Source: Octopus bimaculoides (taxonomy: Eukaryota). Taken from it: a stretch of DNA of 35,326 bases. Shown in pieces: positions 10,169-22,099 of this stretch. The DNA lies in NCBI RefSeq assembly GCF_001194135.2, contig NC_069002.1, forward strand, positions 7,797,926-7,833,251, written 5' to 3'. Every line of letters starts with the position of its first letter. The stretch's first letter is position 1. The notes below the pieces were generated by a model. The model did not search any database and had not been told where the DNA came from. It saw only the letters and a list, made by a program, of their open reading frames with translations. The position numbers and the translations under genes are program-made.

Positions 10169-10524
10169 AGACACGCATCTCATACCCAAATCTTGAGTGA
10201 TAATGGACTGAATCGAACCGTAACTAATCTGCACATCCTCTGATAACTCACGGATGGTGATTCGACGATTTCTCCTTACCACCTCTCGCACACACTTGCT
10301 ATATTCCACTCAGTTCGGATGGTTGCACGTCTCCCAGAACGTTCGTGACTATCGACATTTTTTCGGTCATTTTGGAAACGTCTAAACCACTCGTACACTT
10401 GTGTGCGGCTCGTACATATCTCTCCATACACTTTCTGCAACTTTGCGTAGGACTCTGAGCAGGTATCGTCAAGCTTTTGGAAAAATTTGATGCAGATTCT
10501 CTGCTCAACTTTCTTTGTCATCAT
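10169..10524 (-). pseudogene. mariner transposase N-terminal DNA-binding (HTH) domain, frameshifted
   Basis: From ATG 10524: MMTKKVEQRICIKFFQKLDDTCSESYAKLQKVYGEICTSRTQVYEWFRRFQNDRKNVDSHERSGRRATIRTEWNIASVCE, then a frameshift near 10280 and VRRNRRITIRELSEDVQISYGSIQSIITQDLGMRCVSA. This is a typical mariner EQR..IKF / W.RF..G....D..RSGRP / RR.TIRE / LG.R.V.A N-terminus. Confidence 0.88.
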
Positions 10525-11810
10525 CAATGCAGTGGTAAAACTAAATTCTCCAAGACATTTACCGTCACACTGTACCATTTTCTGCCGACACACTCTTCTT
10601 GCATTAAACATGTCGCAATAAATTCTATTAAATTCGGATTGGAGGAAAATGTTGTAAAATTCAGCCACACCGAAACCTTTCAAGATCATATTGTTACTTT
10701 AGTAAATCCATCACAATAAATTCTAGCTTTGTGTTTGTTATTTGGAGCTTTTTTTCCCCTTCCATTTATCAGTTTTTCTTGTATTTATTTTTGTATCCAC
10801 CGTTCATTTTCAAATGTTATTATCTCACTCAGTATAATTCAGGAGAATACCGGATAACTTATAGGAATCAAGCGAGAGAATTGAAACATTATATATTTCG
10901 ACGTGAATCCGTATTGCACTTTCTCCCTCCTCCACCCCTATACCTCACTGTGCAAATCCATTTATCTTCATTTTCGCACAAATGCCAGCTGGTATTTGTC
11001 AGAGGCAATATTAACATCGACAAAATACTCCAGTTGAAACGAATACCACATTTTGAAATTGCTATGTATACATAGAACGTAAAAGGGGCATATACGTTTC
11101 TCATACAATATCACCAAATAAAGTTTAAAATGTCAAGTCAATTAAATCGTGGAGAATCTACTAAGAAAACATTTTATGTAATGAAACCCGAGAGGAAACT
11201 GTCAGTTGTCTTCGGAATTGGTTTAACACCGCTTTCTGAGGAACAAAGTGCAAGGTCTGGTACATCTACAGATCTACAGCCGTTACATCGAGCAATAAGC
11301 CTAATTCCAAATGTGAACAAAAGACAAATTTTATACAAAAATATTTTACTCATTTCGACATTTAGTTGATTAAATTTTTTTATTTTTTTTATTTGTCAAC
11401 AAGCTAATTAGTTAGCGATTTATTTTGATTACGAGTGAAAATTCCTGTAGATTTCCATTCTTTTTTTTTTTCTGAATACATTTCAGAGCAACTATGCAAA
11501 AAACTACAAGATTGTACGACCTACCAGAAATAGCAGTCAAATCTCTCTCTCTCGTAAATCGATGAGGTTATATAATAGTGGATCGTCCCTAGTGCTCTCC
11601 TCTTACGGATAAGGAAAAATTAAATTTAACTGGGGCCTATTTATTGAAATCATATGCCATTTACATAAGAGGAGGAGTAAGGTGGAGAGAGGGGGAAAAT
11701 AATAATTAACAGAAAAGTTTTGTTTTTCTCCCTATCCGAAAAAAAAACTGAAGAATATTGCGTACGTCATACGTTATAACAAACCCGAATTTAGTTTTTT
11801 TCATTCACTA

Positions 11811-11980
11811 ATTAGTTTCAAAATTTAGCACAAGGCCAGCAATTTAATGAGGGTTGTGGAAATTCGTTTACATCGACTCCAACGTTCAACTGGTGCTTAT
11901 TTTATCGAACCTGAAAGGATAAAAGGCTAATACGCCCCCGGCAACATTTTAACGTAAAGATGGACAAAATGCCGAGTAAT
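11811..11980 (-). mobile_element. MetaSINE-like SINE (diverged)
   Basis: 'tttagcacaaggccagcaattt...aactggtgcttattttatcgaacctgaaaggataaaaggc', homologous to 13451-13664. Confidence 0.7.
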
Positions 11981-11984
11981 CATC

Positions 11985-12092
11985 AGCGTCATCAACCTAG
12001 TCATCATCATATTCGTCGTCGTCATCGTTATGAAAATCATCATCATCATCAAGATCATCGTTGTCATCATCATCATCATCGCCATCGCCATC

Positions 12093-12141
<49 letters not shown>

Positions 12142-12300
12142 CCATCACCATCATCGTAGTCGTTGTCTTCGTCATCGTCATTATTATCGTCATAATTATC
12201 ATCATCATAATCCTTACAAACCCTCTCAGTCTTCATCATCATCATCATCATCGTAATCGTCATCGTCATCATCCCCACCATCACCACCATCATCGTCCCT
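11985..12300. repeat. Imperfect (ATC/GTC)n trinucleotide tract
   Basis: Seen directly. It generates the poly-H/I/D/M ORFs. Confidence 0.95.
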
Positions 12301-13450
12301 ACCGTTTCACTCAACACCATCGCTTAATTTATTCTTCATTAATCGTTCACTCATTCGATATCAGCTTAACTAATCCTTTCCACTGTTCAATTACTTCTGT
12401 CTTAATTTTACAGCTAATTCTTTTTTCAGCTTTAACATCAATTCACTCTTTTACTCTCAAATTTCTCTCATTTACTCTTTTACTCTCAAATTTCTGTCAT
12501 TTATACTGTAAACTTCCTGTTAATTTTACTATGAATTTTCTGTTAACTTTACTATTAATTCTCTCTTAAATTTTACTGATAATTCTCCATTAAATTTTCT
12601 GTTAATTCTTTATCATTTTTATCGCCAAAACGCTGTTATCTTCATTGTTTATTCTCAGTTAATTTTGAGTCAAACTACAGTTTGCTTCGTTAATAATTCC
12701 CTGGTAATTCCGATAACAAGTCAGTTAATTATATACTTTAAAACTTGTGTATTCCAATTTAGTTTTTCATCAAATGAAGTCAGTGTCATGCACATTAGAA
12801 ATTAAATCCTTTGTTCTCTCTCTCTTTCTCTCTTGAATGATTAAATTTCTTTGGGTGGTGCATTACCTGCTTGCACTTTGGTAATCTTATTATACGGAGA
12901 GACCAGCGACACACAAGTGGCACATAAATGCCTGAATGGAGGTGGAACGTGACCAGTCACTTCCGAGAAATGGAACCAATGATTGTAGCGATAGGAACAG
13001 CAGATTGGAATCAGTTTTACAACGTTGCTTATGAATGAACGCATTTACGATGCAACCACATACGGATATTTTGTTAAATCTATAAAGAAAATATATATAC
13101 CTCTCTCGTAATACCACATGCTTTTCGACAACTGTGAACGAGGAATGATCCTATTGTTTTACTTCTTACCACTAATCAAGATTTGCTAACACCGACGCTT
13201 TGTTTCGTGCCAGAAGGCGGTAGCAGAATTTAGTTATTAAAATTGTAATTAAGATTGTGCCAAAGCACAACTCATTATTTACAAAGTGAAATATGTCTGA
13301 CACATCGAAATTAATTATTAAAGAACCAATAAATCTTGGTTTATGACTAATGCCTGTACGGAATGATAGCTCTACGAATTTATGATGAAGAATAGTTAGA
13401 ATAATAATAAAAGGAGAAAGAAGTTCTATGAATTACTATGTATACGACAT

Positions 13451-13664
13451 ATTGGTTTCAAATTTTGAAACAAGGATAGCAAGTTTGAGATGGGTTAATC
13501 GATTAATTCGATCTCATTGCTGAACTGGTACTTGTTTTATCGGCCGCGAAAACATGGAAGGCAAAGTCGACTTTTACAGAATTTTAAGTCAGAACTTAAA
13601 GACGGATGAAAAGCCACTAAGCATTTTGACCGGCGTGCTAACGATTTTGCCAGCTCGCTATCTT
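13451..13664 (-). mobile_element. MetaSINE-like tRNA-derived SINE, near full length
   Basis: Minus strand: head 'aagatagcgagctggcaaaatcgttagcacgccgg', then 'gtcgactttgccttccatgttttcgcggccgataaaacaagtaccagtt', which resembles the Meta domain (gcctttcatcc..gg.gtcgataaa.tgagtaccag) as recalled. Ends 'aaaatttgaaaccaat'. Confidence 0.75.
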
Positions 13665-14254
13665 GCCAGTAATACAGTACATTACATATTTTTATTCGGT
13701 GGTGTTTCTTTTGATCGCGTACGTCATCACCCCACGCTTGATTCCATTGACAACAGTGATACTGTGTGTCTTTGGTTAAAACATGAACATTCAAAGGCTG
13801 TTATTACATTATATAGTTATGCATGTAGTTCTCAAATGTTGCAAGCGGTGTTTATTTTTTATTATTGTTTTTATTTTCCAAAATAATTAAGTCTATATGA
13901 TTTACACACTTCATATCATATAGATTTAGACTTCAAAATTCATATTAACTCCTCATCGTCTTGACAAAATCTTTTATTCTGGATGTTGTTAAATGCACGA
14001 GCGATCAATAAAACGAAACAAACTGTACTCGTTGTGTATCCCGTTAATCAGCTATCATAGGGCAGACAATCCCTTCTTGATTAAATTATTTGCCGACTTC
14101 TTTGGAAATCGTTGATGGAACTCAAATATCACATTCGACATAGGCATTAAGGCTGACAAAGAAAGTGCTGGTTATCGGACCAACATACGGCAAAACCGGC
14201 GGGTAAATCAATCATATGTATGTATTATATGTATTATAATTTTACAAGAATAGA

Positions 14255-14300
14255 AATGACCTTGACTTCGAGGTTTCGACCTTCTACACTTCGTCAGACT
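14255..14300 (-). ncRNA. Candidate degenerate type I hammerhead-like motif
   Basis: Minus strand: agt-CTGACGA-agtgtagaaggtc-GAAA-cct-cgaagtca-agg-TC-att. Core boxes intact, 4-bp stem III, poor stems I and II. Confidence 0.3.
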
Positions 14301-15174
14301 GTGGTGCATTTAGATGCATCCTAGATTTATATAATCTCTGGTTAGTTTGTTTTCCTGAGAGAAGAAATACAAACACGATTCAGTATGTATTGCATAAAAA
14401 AATCCTGTTAATCATTTTAAATATTTCATTGTTTAAAATATGAACAAAACGGTTTTTGCTTATATTTTAGATACACAAAAGTAAATGCAGATTAACGTGA
14501 TATACGAGTTTACGAAGATGATGTCTGCCACATATGAATACCCTTTACACAGAACGCAAATGATTACGTAAGAAAATTGAACGTTATTGAATTTCAGAAA
14601 ACAATTCCAAATTTGGAGAAGTGGTGAATGTAAAGTTTTTTGTGCGCGTGTTTGCGAGTATTTCTGCGATTATAACGGCATGAATGTGGCACATGTGAAC
14701 GTATATGTTTAGTGACTGTGTTTTGACGACTGTGCCTGTGTGTGTGTCGGGGNNNNNNNNNNNNNNNNNNNNNNNNNNNNNNNNNNNNNNNNNNNNNNNN
14801 NNNNNNNNNNNNNNNNNNNNNNNNNNNNNNNNNNNNNNNNNNNNNNNNNNNNNNNNNNNNNNNNNNNNNNNNNNNNNNNNNNNNNNNNNNNNNNNNNNNN
14901 NNNNNNNNNNNNNNNNNNNNNNNNNNNNNNNNNNNNNNNNNNNNNNNNNNNNNNNNNNNNNNNNNNNNNNNNNNNNNNNNNNNNNNNNNNNNNNNNNNNN
15001 NNNNNNNNNNNNNNNNNNNNNNNNNNNNNNNNNNNNNNNNNNNNNNNNNNNNNNNNNNNNNNNNNNNNNNNNNNNNNNNNNNNNNNNNNNNNNNNNNNNN
15101 NNNNNNNNNNNNNNNNNNNNNNNNNNNNNNNNNNNNNNNNNNNNNNNNNNNNNNNNNNNNNATATACATATACA

Positions 15175-15213
<39 letters not shown>

Positions 15214-15593
15214 GTGTGTGTGTGTGTATGCATACATGCATACATATCTATACAGGCATATGTCTATGTGTACATGTTTTCTGATATATACGACGGATAT
15301 GTTCCAATTATTTTCTGAATTCGAATATAAAACATAAATTTGTATTTTTTCTATTTTTTTGAGAGCCAGCATGAGGAACCATGCAGAGTAGTGTTTGCTA
15401 GCATGAATACTTATCCGCATCTATATACATATATATACGCGGCATATATCTATATATGTGTGTGTGTCTGTATATACGTATGTATTTCTGAAATGAATTT
15501 ACGAATGTTTGTGTGCGCATATATGAATATAGTTACGAACGATCATACAGAATTTAATACATAATATCGTATATCTATACATACACACATACA

Positions 15594-15626
<33 letters not shown>

Positions 15627-16108
15627 NNNNNNNNNNNNNNNNNNNNNNNNNNNNNNNNNNNNNNNNNNNNNNNNNNNNNNNNNNNNNNNNNNNNNNNNNN
15701 NNNNNNNNNNNNNNNNNNNNNNNNNNNNNNNNNNNNNNNNNNNNNNNNNNNNNNNNNNNNNNNNNNNNNNNNNNNNNNNNNNNNNNNNNNNNNNNNNNNN
15801 NNNNNNNNNNNNNNNNNNNNNNNNNNNNNNNNNNNNNNNNNNNNNNNNNNNNNNNNNNNNNNNNNNNNNNNNNNNNNNNNNNNNNNNNNNNNNNNNNNNN
15901 NNNNNNNNNNNNNNNNNNNNNNNNNNNNNNNNNNNNNNNNNNNNNNNNNNNNNNNNNNNNNNNNNNNNNNNNNNNNNNNNNNNNNNNNNNNNNNNNNNNN
16001 NNNNNNNNNNNNNNNNNNNNNNNNNNNNNNNNNNNNNNNNNNNNNNNNNNNNNNNNNNNNNNNNNNNNNNNNNNNNNNNNNNNNNNNNNNNNNNNNNNNN
16101 NNNNNNNN

Positions 16109-16144
<36 letters not shown>

Positions 16145-17086
16145 TATACAAACACATAATTATATATACATATACATGAATATGTGTGTGTTTTTGTGTT
16201 TTTGTTTTCTGTTTTGATATAGAAGCAATCGTATTGTTTTCATGGTTTGATCAATGTTATTGCTTTTAATTCAGAATATATCTAAAGATGGAATTAAATA
16301 GATAGTTATACCTTTTGTTTCTCTCTTATATTATGTTCACTTCGTCTTATATGTTCATGTTTGTGAACGATTGTGTGCGATTATGAGTGTTTGTATGTGT
16401 TTGTGAAGTTTCCTATGTGCATGTATTTGTATGCGCGCGTGTGTTCGTGTGTATGTTTGTGTGTGTGTCTATGTTATGGTAAGAATAGGGGGCGAAACAG
16501 GAGAAAGGACCTAACCAGGAGTATTAGCGAGGTAAATAATCATAGTGGTATGTTATTAGTGAGAATATCTCTAGTTATTGTTTAATTTCAGCAGTGTTTT
16601 CTGTGTAAAATATTTCTAAATGATGCCGCCATTTCAAAAGTGGCGTTCAAGTAATAAAATATGGCTAAGGAAAACAAAAATAAAGACATAAAGCAAAAAT
16701 ATGAGGACAAAAAAACATGGCAAACATTTTTTTTTTTTCTAAGATTTCCACGAATTCTCTTTGACAAATGGAAATATCATGATATCAAGCAAGTTCTGAT
16801 TTGGTTGCATTGGTAAAACATAATTTTTAAAAACAAAGAAATAAACGAAGACCTAGCGATGCAGTTAAAAAAAAAAAGCCTCTGAAAATATGTGAGACTG
16901 TTTTTGAAACTACTGCACGATATCTTGATTGAAGTGTCGTCTGCTTGAACTTCGATTTGATCAATGCTACGTCAGTAGAATTCACTGTGCAGAAACGTTG
17001 ACAATATGTGTTTGTGCGTGTGCGTGTGTATTTATCAAAATACATATAGACGCACATACACCCAGATTTATCCATAGATAGATAGA

Positions 17087-17320
17087 TATTACATGCCTAT
17101 AAGAAGGGATGACCACTAAGTGGACATCCGATATGCTAGAAAGAGGTCATCATCGACCCAACCACAAAGAAAATAATGTTCTCTAGAAAAAATTCACATG
17201 TCCACTAAGTGGTTATCTCTTCTTATACGCATGTAATACCCAACCATGGAGAAAATAATGTTCTCTAGAAAAAATTCGGATGTCCACTTAGTGGTCATCC
17301 CTTCTTATACGCATGTTATA
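17087..17320. mobile_element. TA-bounded TIR element (MITE-like) with tandemly duplicated right end
   Basis: 45-bp inverted repeats at 17087-17131 and 17276-17320 (43/45 identical). 82-bp direct repeats at 17157-17238 and 17239-17320, each ending in a right-TIR copy. Confidence 0.85.
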
Positions 17321-17411
17321 CAATTTTTCTGTATTTTCAGATTTTTTATATGCTAAGCCTCTGGTTTTAAATTGAAATTAATATTCAATTTATCACCCTC
17401 AATATATAAAC

Positions 17412-17415
17412 ATAG

Positions 17416-17446
<31 letters not shown>

Positions 17447-17500
17447 GATAGATAGATAGATACATACATACATACATACATACATACATACATACATACA
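17412..17500. repeat. Compound (GATA)n-(CATA)n microsatellite
   Basis: Seen directly. Confidence 0.9.
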
Positions 17501-18429
17501 CACATATACACGTATTATGTATATATGTATGTGCGTGTGTATACCTGTGTCTGTGTAGAGAGAACGAAAGCATTATAAAAGAGAAACATTGTTTAGATAG
17601 TAATAAAAAATAGAATATAACTGTGCTGAAGATTAATATAGTCATTTCCCATGGGTAACACCTATGTATATTGTCCATTGTCCAAATACTACTAATGACA
17701 GCCCATCGAATTTTGTAAAGTTTTAAATGCATATACATCGACAGAGTGAAAAGCGAGAGATGCCACAAAATATATATACTGGAAAACAGAGCGGACAGAA
17801 CAGAGAGAGAGAGGAAGAGAGTGAGAGAGGGAACGTAAGAAAAGAGAGAGAAAGATACGGGTCCTTACTCCACATTCGAATATGTTTTATGCATTGTTAA
17901 CAACATTCTAAATAGATTTTTACATGTGTTTTAATTCATGCAGTTAATCAAAATCAATAATTGATTTAAAATATCTTCCACTCCATTAAAACATCAGGTA
18001 ATGCTTCAGAGCATTTTTAGGAAATATATTCAATATACATTAGTCTAAAACTAAAATTTAGGAAAATTATATAGATACATATATATACGCTCATACACAT
18101 ACATGAATATATACACATAAACACATGTACTCATACACGCACATGCACACACACACACACCTAATTATAAATAAGGACAAAAAAATTTTCTATGCCAATG
18201 TGCTGAAAAATAGACTTTAGATTGTGAAAGCACATACAATATTTTTCACTATAAATACACAGCGTCTTAAGAAGGAATATTTAGTAAAAAAAATGTAGTA
18301 TAAGTAGAAGGGACACGTTGCTACTTCGACCAGGCTGTAACCTAAGGTTAATCGTAATTAGGGAATTACGTAGATTTAACAAAATGAGAAAAGTAGAATC
18401 TGTGGTAACAGGAAAGGATTACATCTGGA

Positions 18430-19030
18430 AATTTATTATGCAATGAGGAGATGCGATTGGAAAGAATGGTGAGCGATTCCCTTAAATAGTTTACCAACGC
18501 CTAGGTTAGTGTTGTACGGGGGAAACTTACTGACAGCGGACCAGGACAGGGTATAGGTAACGCTTTGGGATTTGAGGTTGTGTATATAAGTTGCTAAAGA
18601 GATAGATAATTTAGATGTTTTATTGGAGAATGACTTCATGTGTGCTCGGTAGCGGCGCTTGAAATCAACAGTGCCACCTATGCAGACTCTAGCTTGGTGG
18701 GAGCGTGGTGTTACCTCTCGGCATTTGTAGACTATATTTTTGCATAGACCTTATTGCTAAGACGGCCAGGTTCGAGTGGTCTGATACAAGTGAAGAAGAG
18801 CGGGAGATATTAGTACCAGTGTTGGATTGAGAGTCACGGGTCATTGTTGATATGTGGGATCATATCGGTAGTTTTACGGTGAGTCGCCTTAAAGATGGTA
18901 GAACTGAATTAGGTGGGATACCTAAGGTGTGTACTATTGCAACTAAGTGGGTTGGGTTGGTTTTAGTCGGAAAGATCGTAGGGGCGAAGGATAGGAGGTG
19001 AAGTCTGCGTCCCTTAGAGGAGGCAATTAT
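18430..19030 (-). mobile_element. Penelope-like retroelement remnant, GIY-YIG endonuclease region
   Basis: Minus frame about 18745-18436 reads CKNIVYKCREVTPRSHQARVCIGGTVDFKRRYRAHMKSFSNKTSKLSISLATYIHNLKSQSVTYTLSWSAVSKFPPYNTN. This matches the NIVYKC.V...YIG.T..FK.RY..H..SF...LS.YI..LK...W.I...Y pattern of Penelope-like GIY-YIG domains. Frameshifted upstream. Confidence 0.8.
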
Positions 19031-19258
19031 GGCTTCTTTCTCACTACACGTCTACATGTATATATAAATTTTGTATATCAAAATTGAGCTACTTTATTCG
19101 TTTATTGTCCTCATATTTTCCATAGCTGCCCACCTGGATTCCTGCTATAATCACTCTATACCCTGTGGACTTGGTCCTCGGTAAGGGTCTCGAAGTGTAA
19201 GTTCAAACCAGTTGAGCGCTAAATATTTTCTATATTGAGAATCACTGGATCTCATTTA

Positions 19259-19308
<50 letters not shown>

Positions 19309-20129
19309 CTCTCTCTCTCTTTTGCTGTTTATATATACATACACACACACATATATATATGTCAACATGCGTACATACATATACACATGCATACATACAT
19401 GCATACATTCACATGCATGCATACATATATACATTCACACATGTATACAAACAAGCATTTACATACATAAATATATGTATTCATCAATAAAAGAAATGCG
19501 TTGAAATTACGAAATTATTTTCTCTTTCTTAAATTGCATTTATTGACAAACAATTTGTCAATGAATCCAGGATGATTTTAGTTGATATTTATTTTGGAAG
19601 AGAATATTCGGATATCAATGTACCTATCAAGTATTTTCATAAAATTTCAGGTAGGACTGAAATGTCCACAACTATTCTTGCAATACACTTCTCTTCAAAT
19701 ATTTGTGGATCAATATCTCAGATAATTTCTACAGCAGAATTCTGAAAATTTGAATCGCTGCCTGTTATTGTGCAGTACTTTGAGCGAAAGTTATTTATGT
19801 GTCTCTGTGTGTGTGCTTGCGTATACCTGTGTGTGTTTGTGCGTGTGTGTGTGAGTGTGTGCATGTGTGAATATTTGTGATGAATGAAGAAAAACGAGAA
19901 AAATTACAAAGAACAAATTTTAAAAGAAGTGTTATTAGTAAAACGTTTGAAAGAAAACGTTTCATGCGTTAGTCCTTCATCAGAAATATACACACATATG
20001 CATATACAATACATGAATATATCTACACACATACAAATACGTGCATGCATGTACATACTCATGCACTCACACACTCAAACAACACACAACACATATACAC
20101 ATATACACGCACATATCTCTCTCTATCTC

Positions 20130-20163
<34 letters not shown>

Positions 20164-20287
20164 ATAACTACAATGGAAATTTTTATACGCTACTATTAGT
20201 TTCATGCACTCAGATCATGCCGAGTACTATTTTTAACACGTCTGATGTCCTAGCACAATCGTCAGGTATTGGCCACATTGCATAACG

Positions 20288-20360
<73 letters not shown>

Positions 20361-21000
20361 ATATGCGCAGACATACACACGCACACACAACACGCTCATA
20401 GATGTATTCCATTCAGACATCGATTAATTAAAATATTTTTAACGTATATTTTATAACCTGGAGTAATTAATTCTATCCTGTAATCTCTATAAATAGGAAC
20501 ACTTCTATCCCTCTGAATACTCAAACATCACTTCACGTTTATATTTTGATATTTCCTTATCTCCTAGAATTCTATTTACGAAACGAAGATATTTGATAAA
20601 CAGGTCAGTGGTCGCGGCGAGATGATAGAAATTTTCACAGGCTTCTTATATTTCAAACCCTTCTAGAATTAAATTCCAATTTTCAACGATAATCCGCTTG
20701 TCTTCTCTCTTTTATTACGTTTTCTTGCAATGAATTATACCGAGTTTTCTACTTATGATATAAAATATTTGGCGTTTTTGTACGAGGAAAATCTGAAAAG
20801 TGTGGAAATGGCAATTATCGTTTGTTGAATCTCGTAGAAGATTATGGTTATCATTCAAATCAGGATGTCACACTAAGCCGCGAAAAATCATAGAAAGTTC
20901 AAGAAAATAACACACTTCCATCATTAAACGGAAACAGTGACATGCAAACACGTACACTTCACAATTGGTTTCCTCACACGTGTGCGTCTATATGTATTTG

Positions 21001-21045
<45 letters not shown>

Positions 21046-21105
21046 NNNNNNNNNNNNNNNNNNNNNNNNNNNNNNNNNNNNNNNNNNNNNNNNNNNNNNN
21101 NNNNN

Positions 21106-21142
<37 letters not shown>

Positions 21143-21543
21143 ATATTCATTGATTTTTTTTTTCACCTGATATCCGTTTAAAAACAAAATTCTCCCGTAG
21201 AATTAATTATTAGTTCGAAACAATGGATATACATCTGAAATGTCTAATCTTTAGCAACATTGAGATTTTTTATAATGGACAGCTTTAATTCCTCGTTGAA
21301 ATAGCCATCAGAAACATTAATTAAAATAACAACGGAAAAAAACAACAACAATGACGTAGAATTAATAGCTTAACTAACATCGATGTTGGTCTGATCTTTA
21401 ACCCTTGGATTAACGTTCTTAGGTAAGGCCTATCTAATTCTATATACACGCGCACAAATACATAGACATGCGCATACACATATCAGTGTGAATTCACATA
21501 TATTTATGTACGTGTCTAAACATGTACACAATCATGCGCCTAA

Positions 21544-21595
<52 letters not shown>

Positions 21596-21602
21596 ATACA
21601 TA

Positions 21603-21672
<70 letters not shown>

Positions 21673-22099
21673 ATATGGTGTGGGGGTATGCGTATATGTT
21701 TAAATATACGGTTATAATGCATCCATAATTGGTCGAGACAGATTATTGTGATGCACACCACTCATTGGCGAAACAAAATTACGCAAAGAAGACGGTGACG
21801 TGATCCATTGCCCATGCGCAGAAGGTATCAGTGAAGTATAACTCTGTTGTTAGGTAATCCGCAACTCCAAAGTTATTGTAATATATTAATGAATAATGGA
21901 ACTGTAAGTGTGGAGTAAAAGAATAAGAAAAAACGAATTGGTTTACATTATAGCTACAGTTGTTTAATTAAGACGTGTTAATTTGATATAAACATGATAC
22001 AATCTTTTACATTACGCAATACCTTATGTCAGTTCCACATTCATCAGGCAACCATGTAAAACAGGTGAAGAACGATTTGTTTCATTGTGTAATCAACAA

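Noticed and set aside
11130-11369. 79-aa ORF MSSQLNRGES... with good start context
   Set aside because: No recognisable family, short, and no supporting exon structure. Compatible with chance.
11927-12569. Poly-His/Asp/Met/Ile ORFs
   Set aside because: Translations of an (ATC)n tract in multiple frames.
14597-14635. Peptide SKFGEVVNVKF resembling part of an RRM
   Set aside because: Flanking residues lack RNP1/RNP2 motifs and the frame stops soon after. Most likely coincidence.
17157-17320. CRISPR-like direct repeats
   Set aside because: Only two contiguous 82-bp units with no spacers, eukaryotic context and no cas genes. Explained as a TIR-end duplication.
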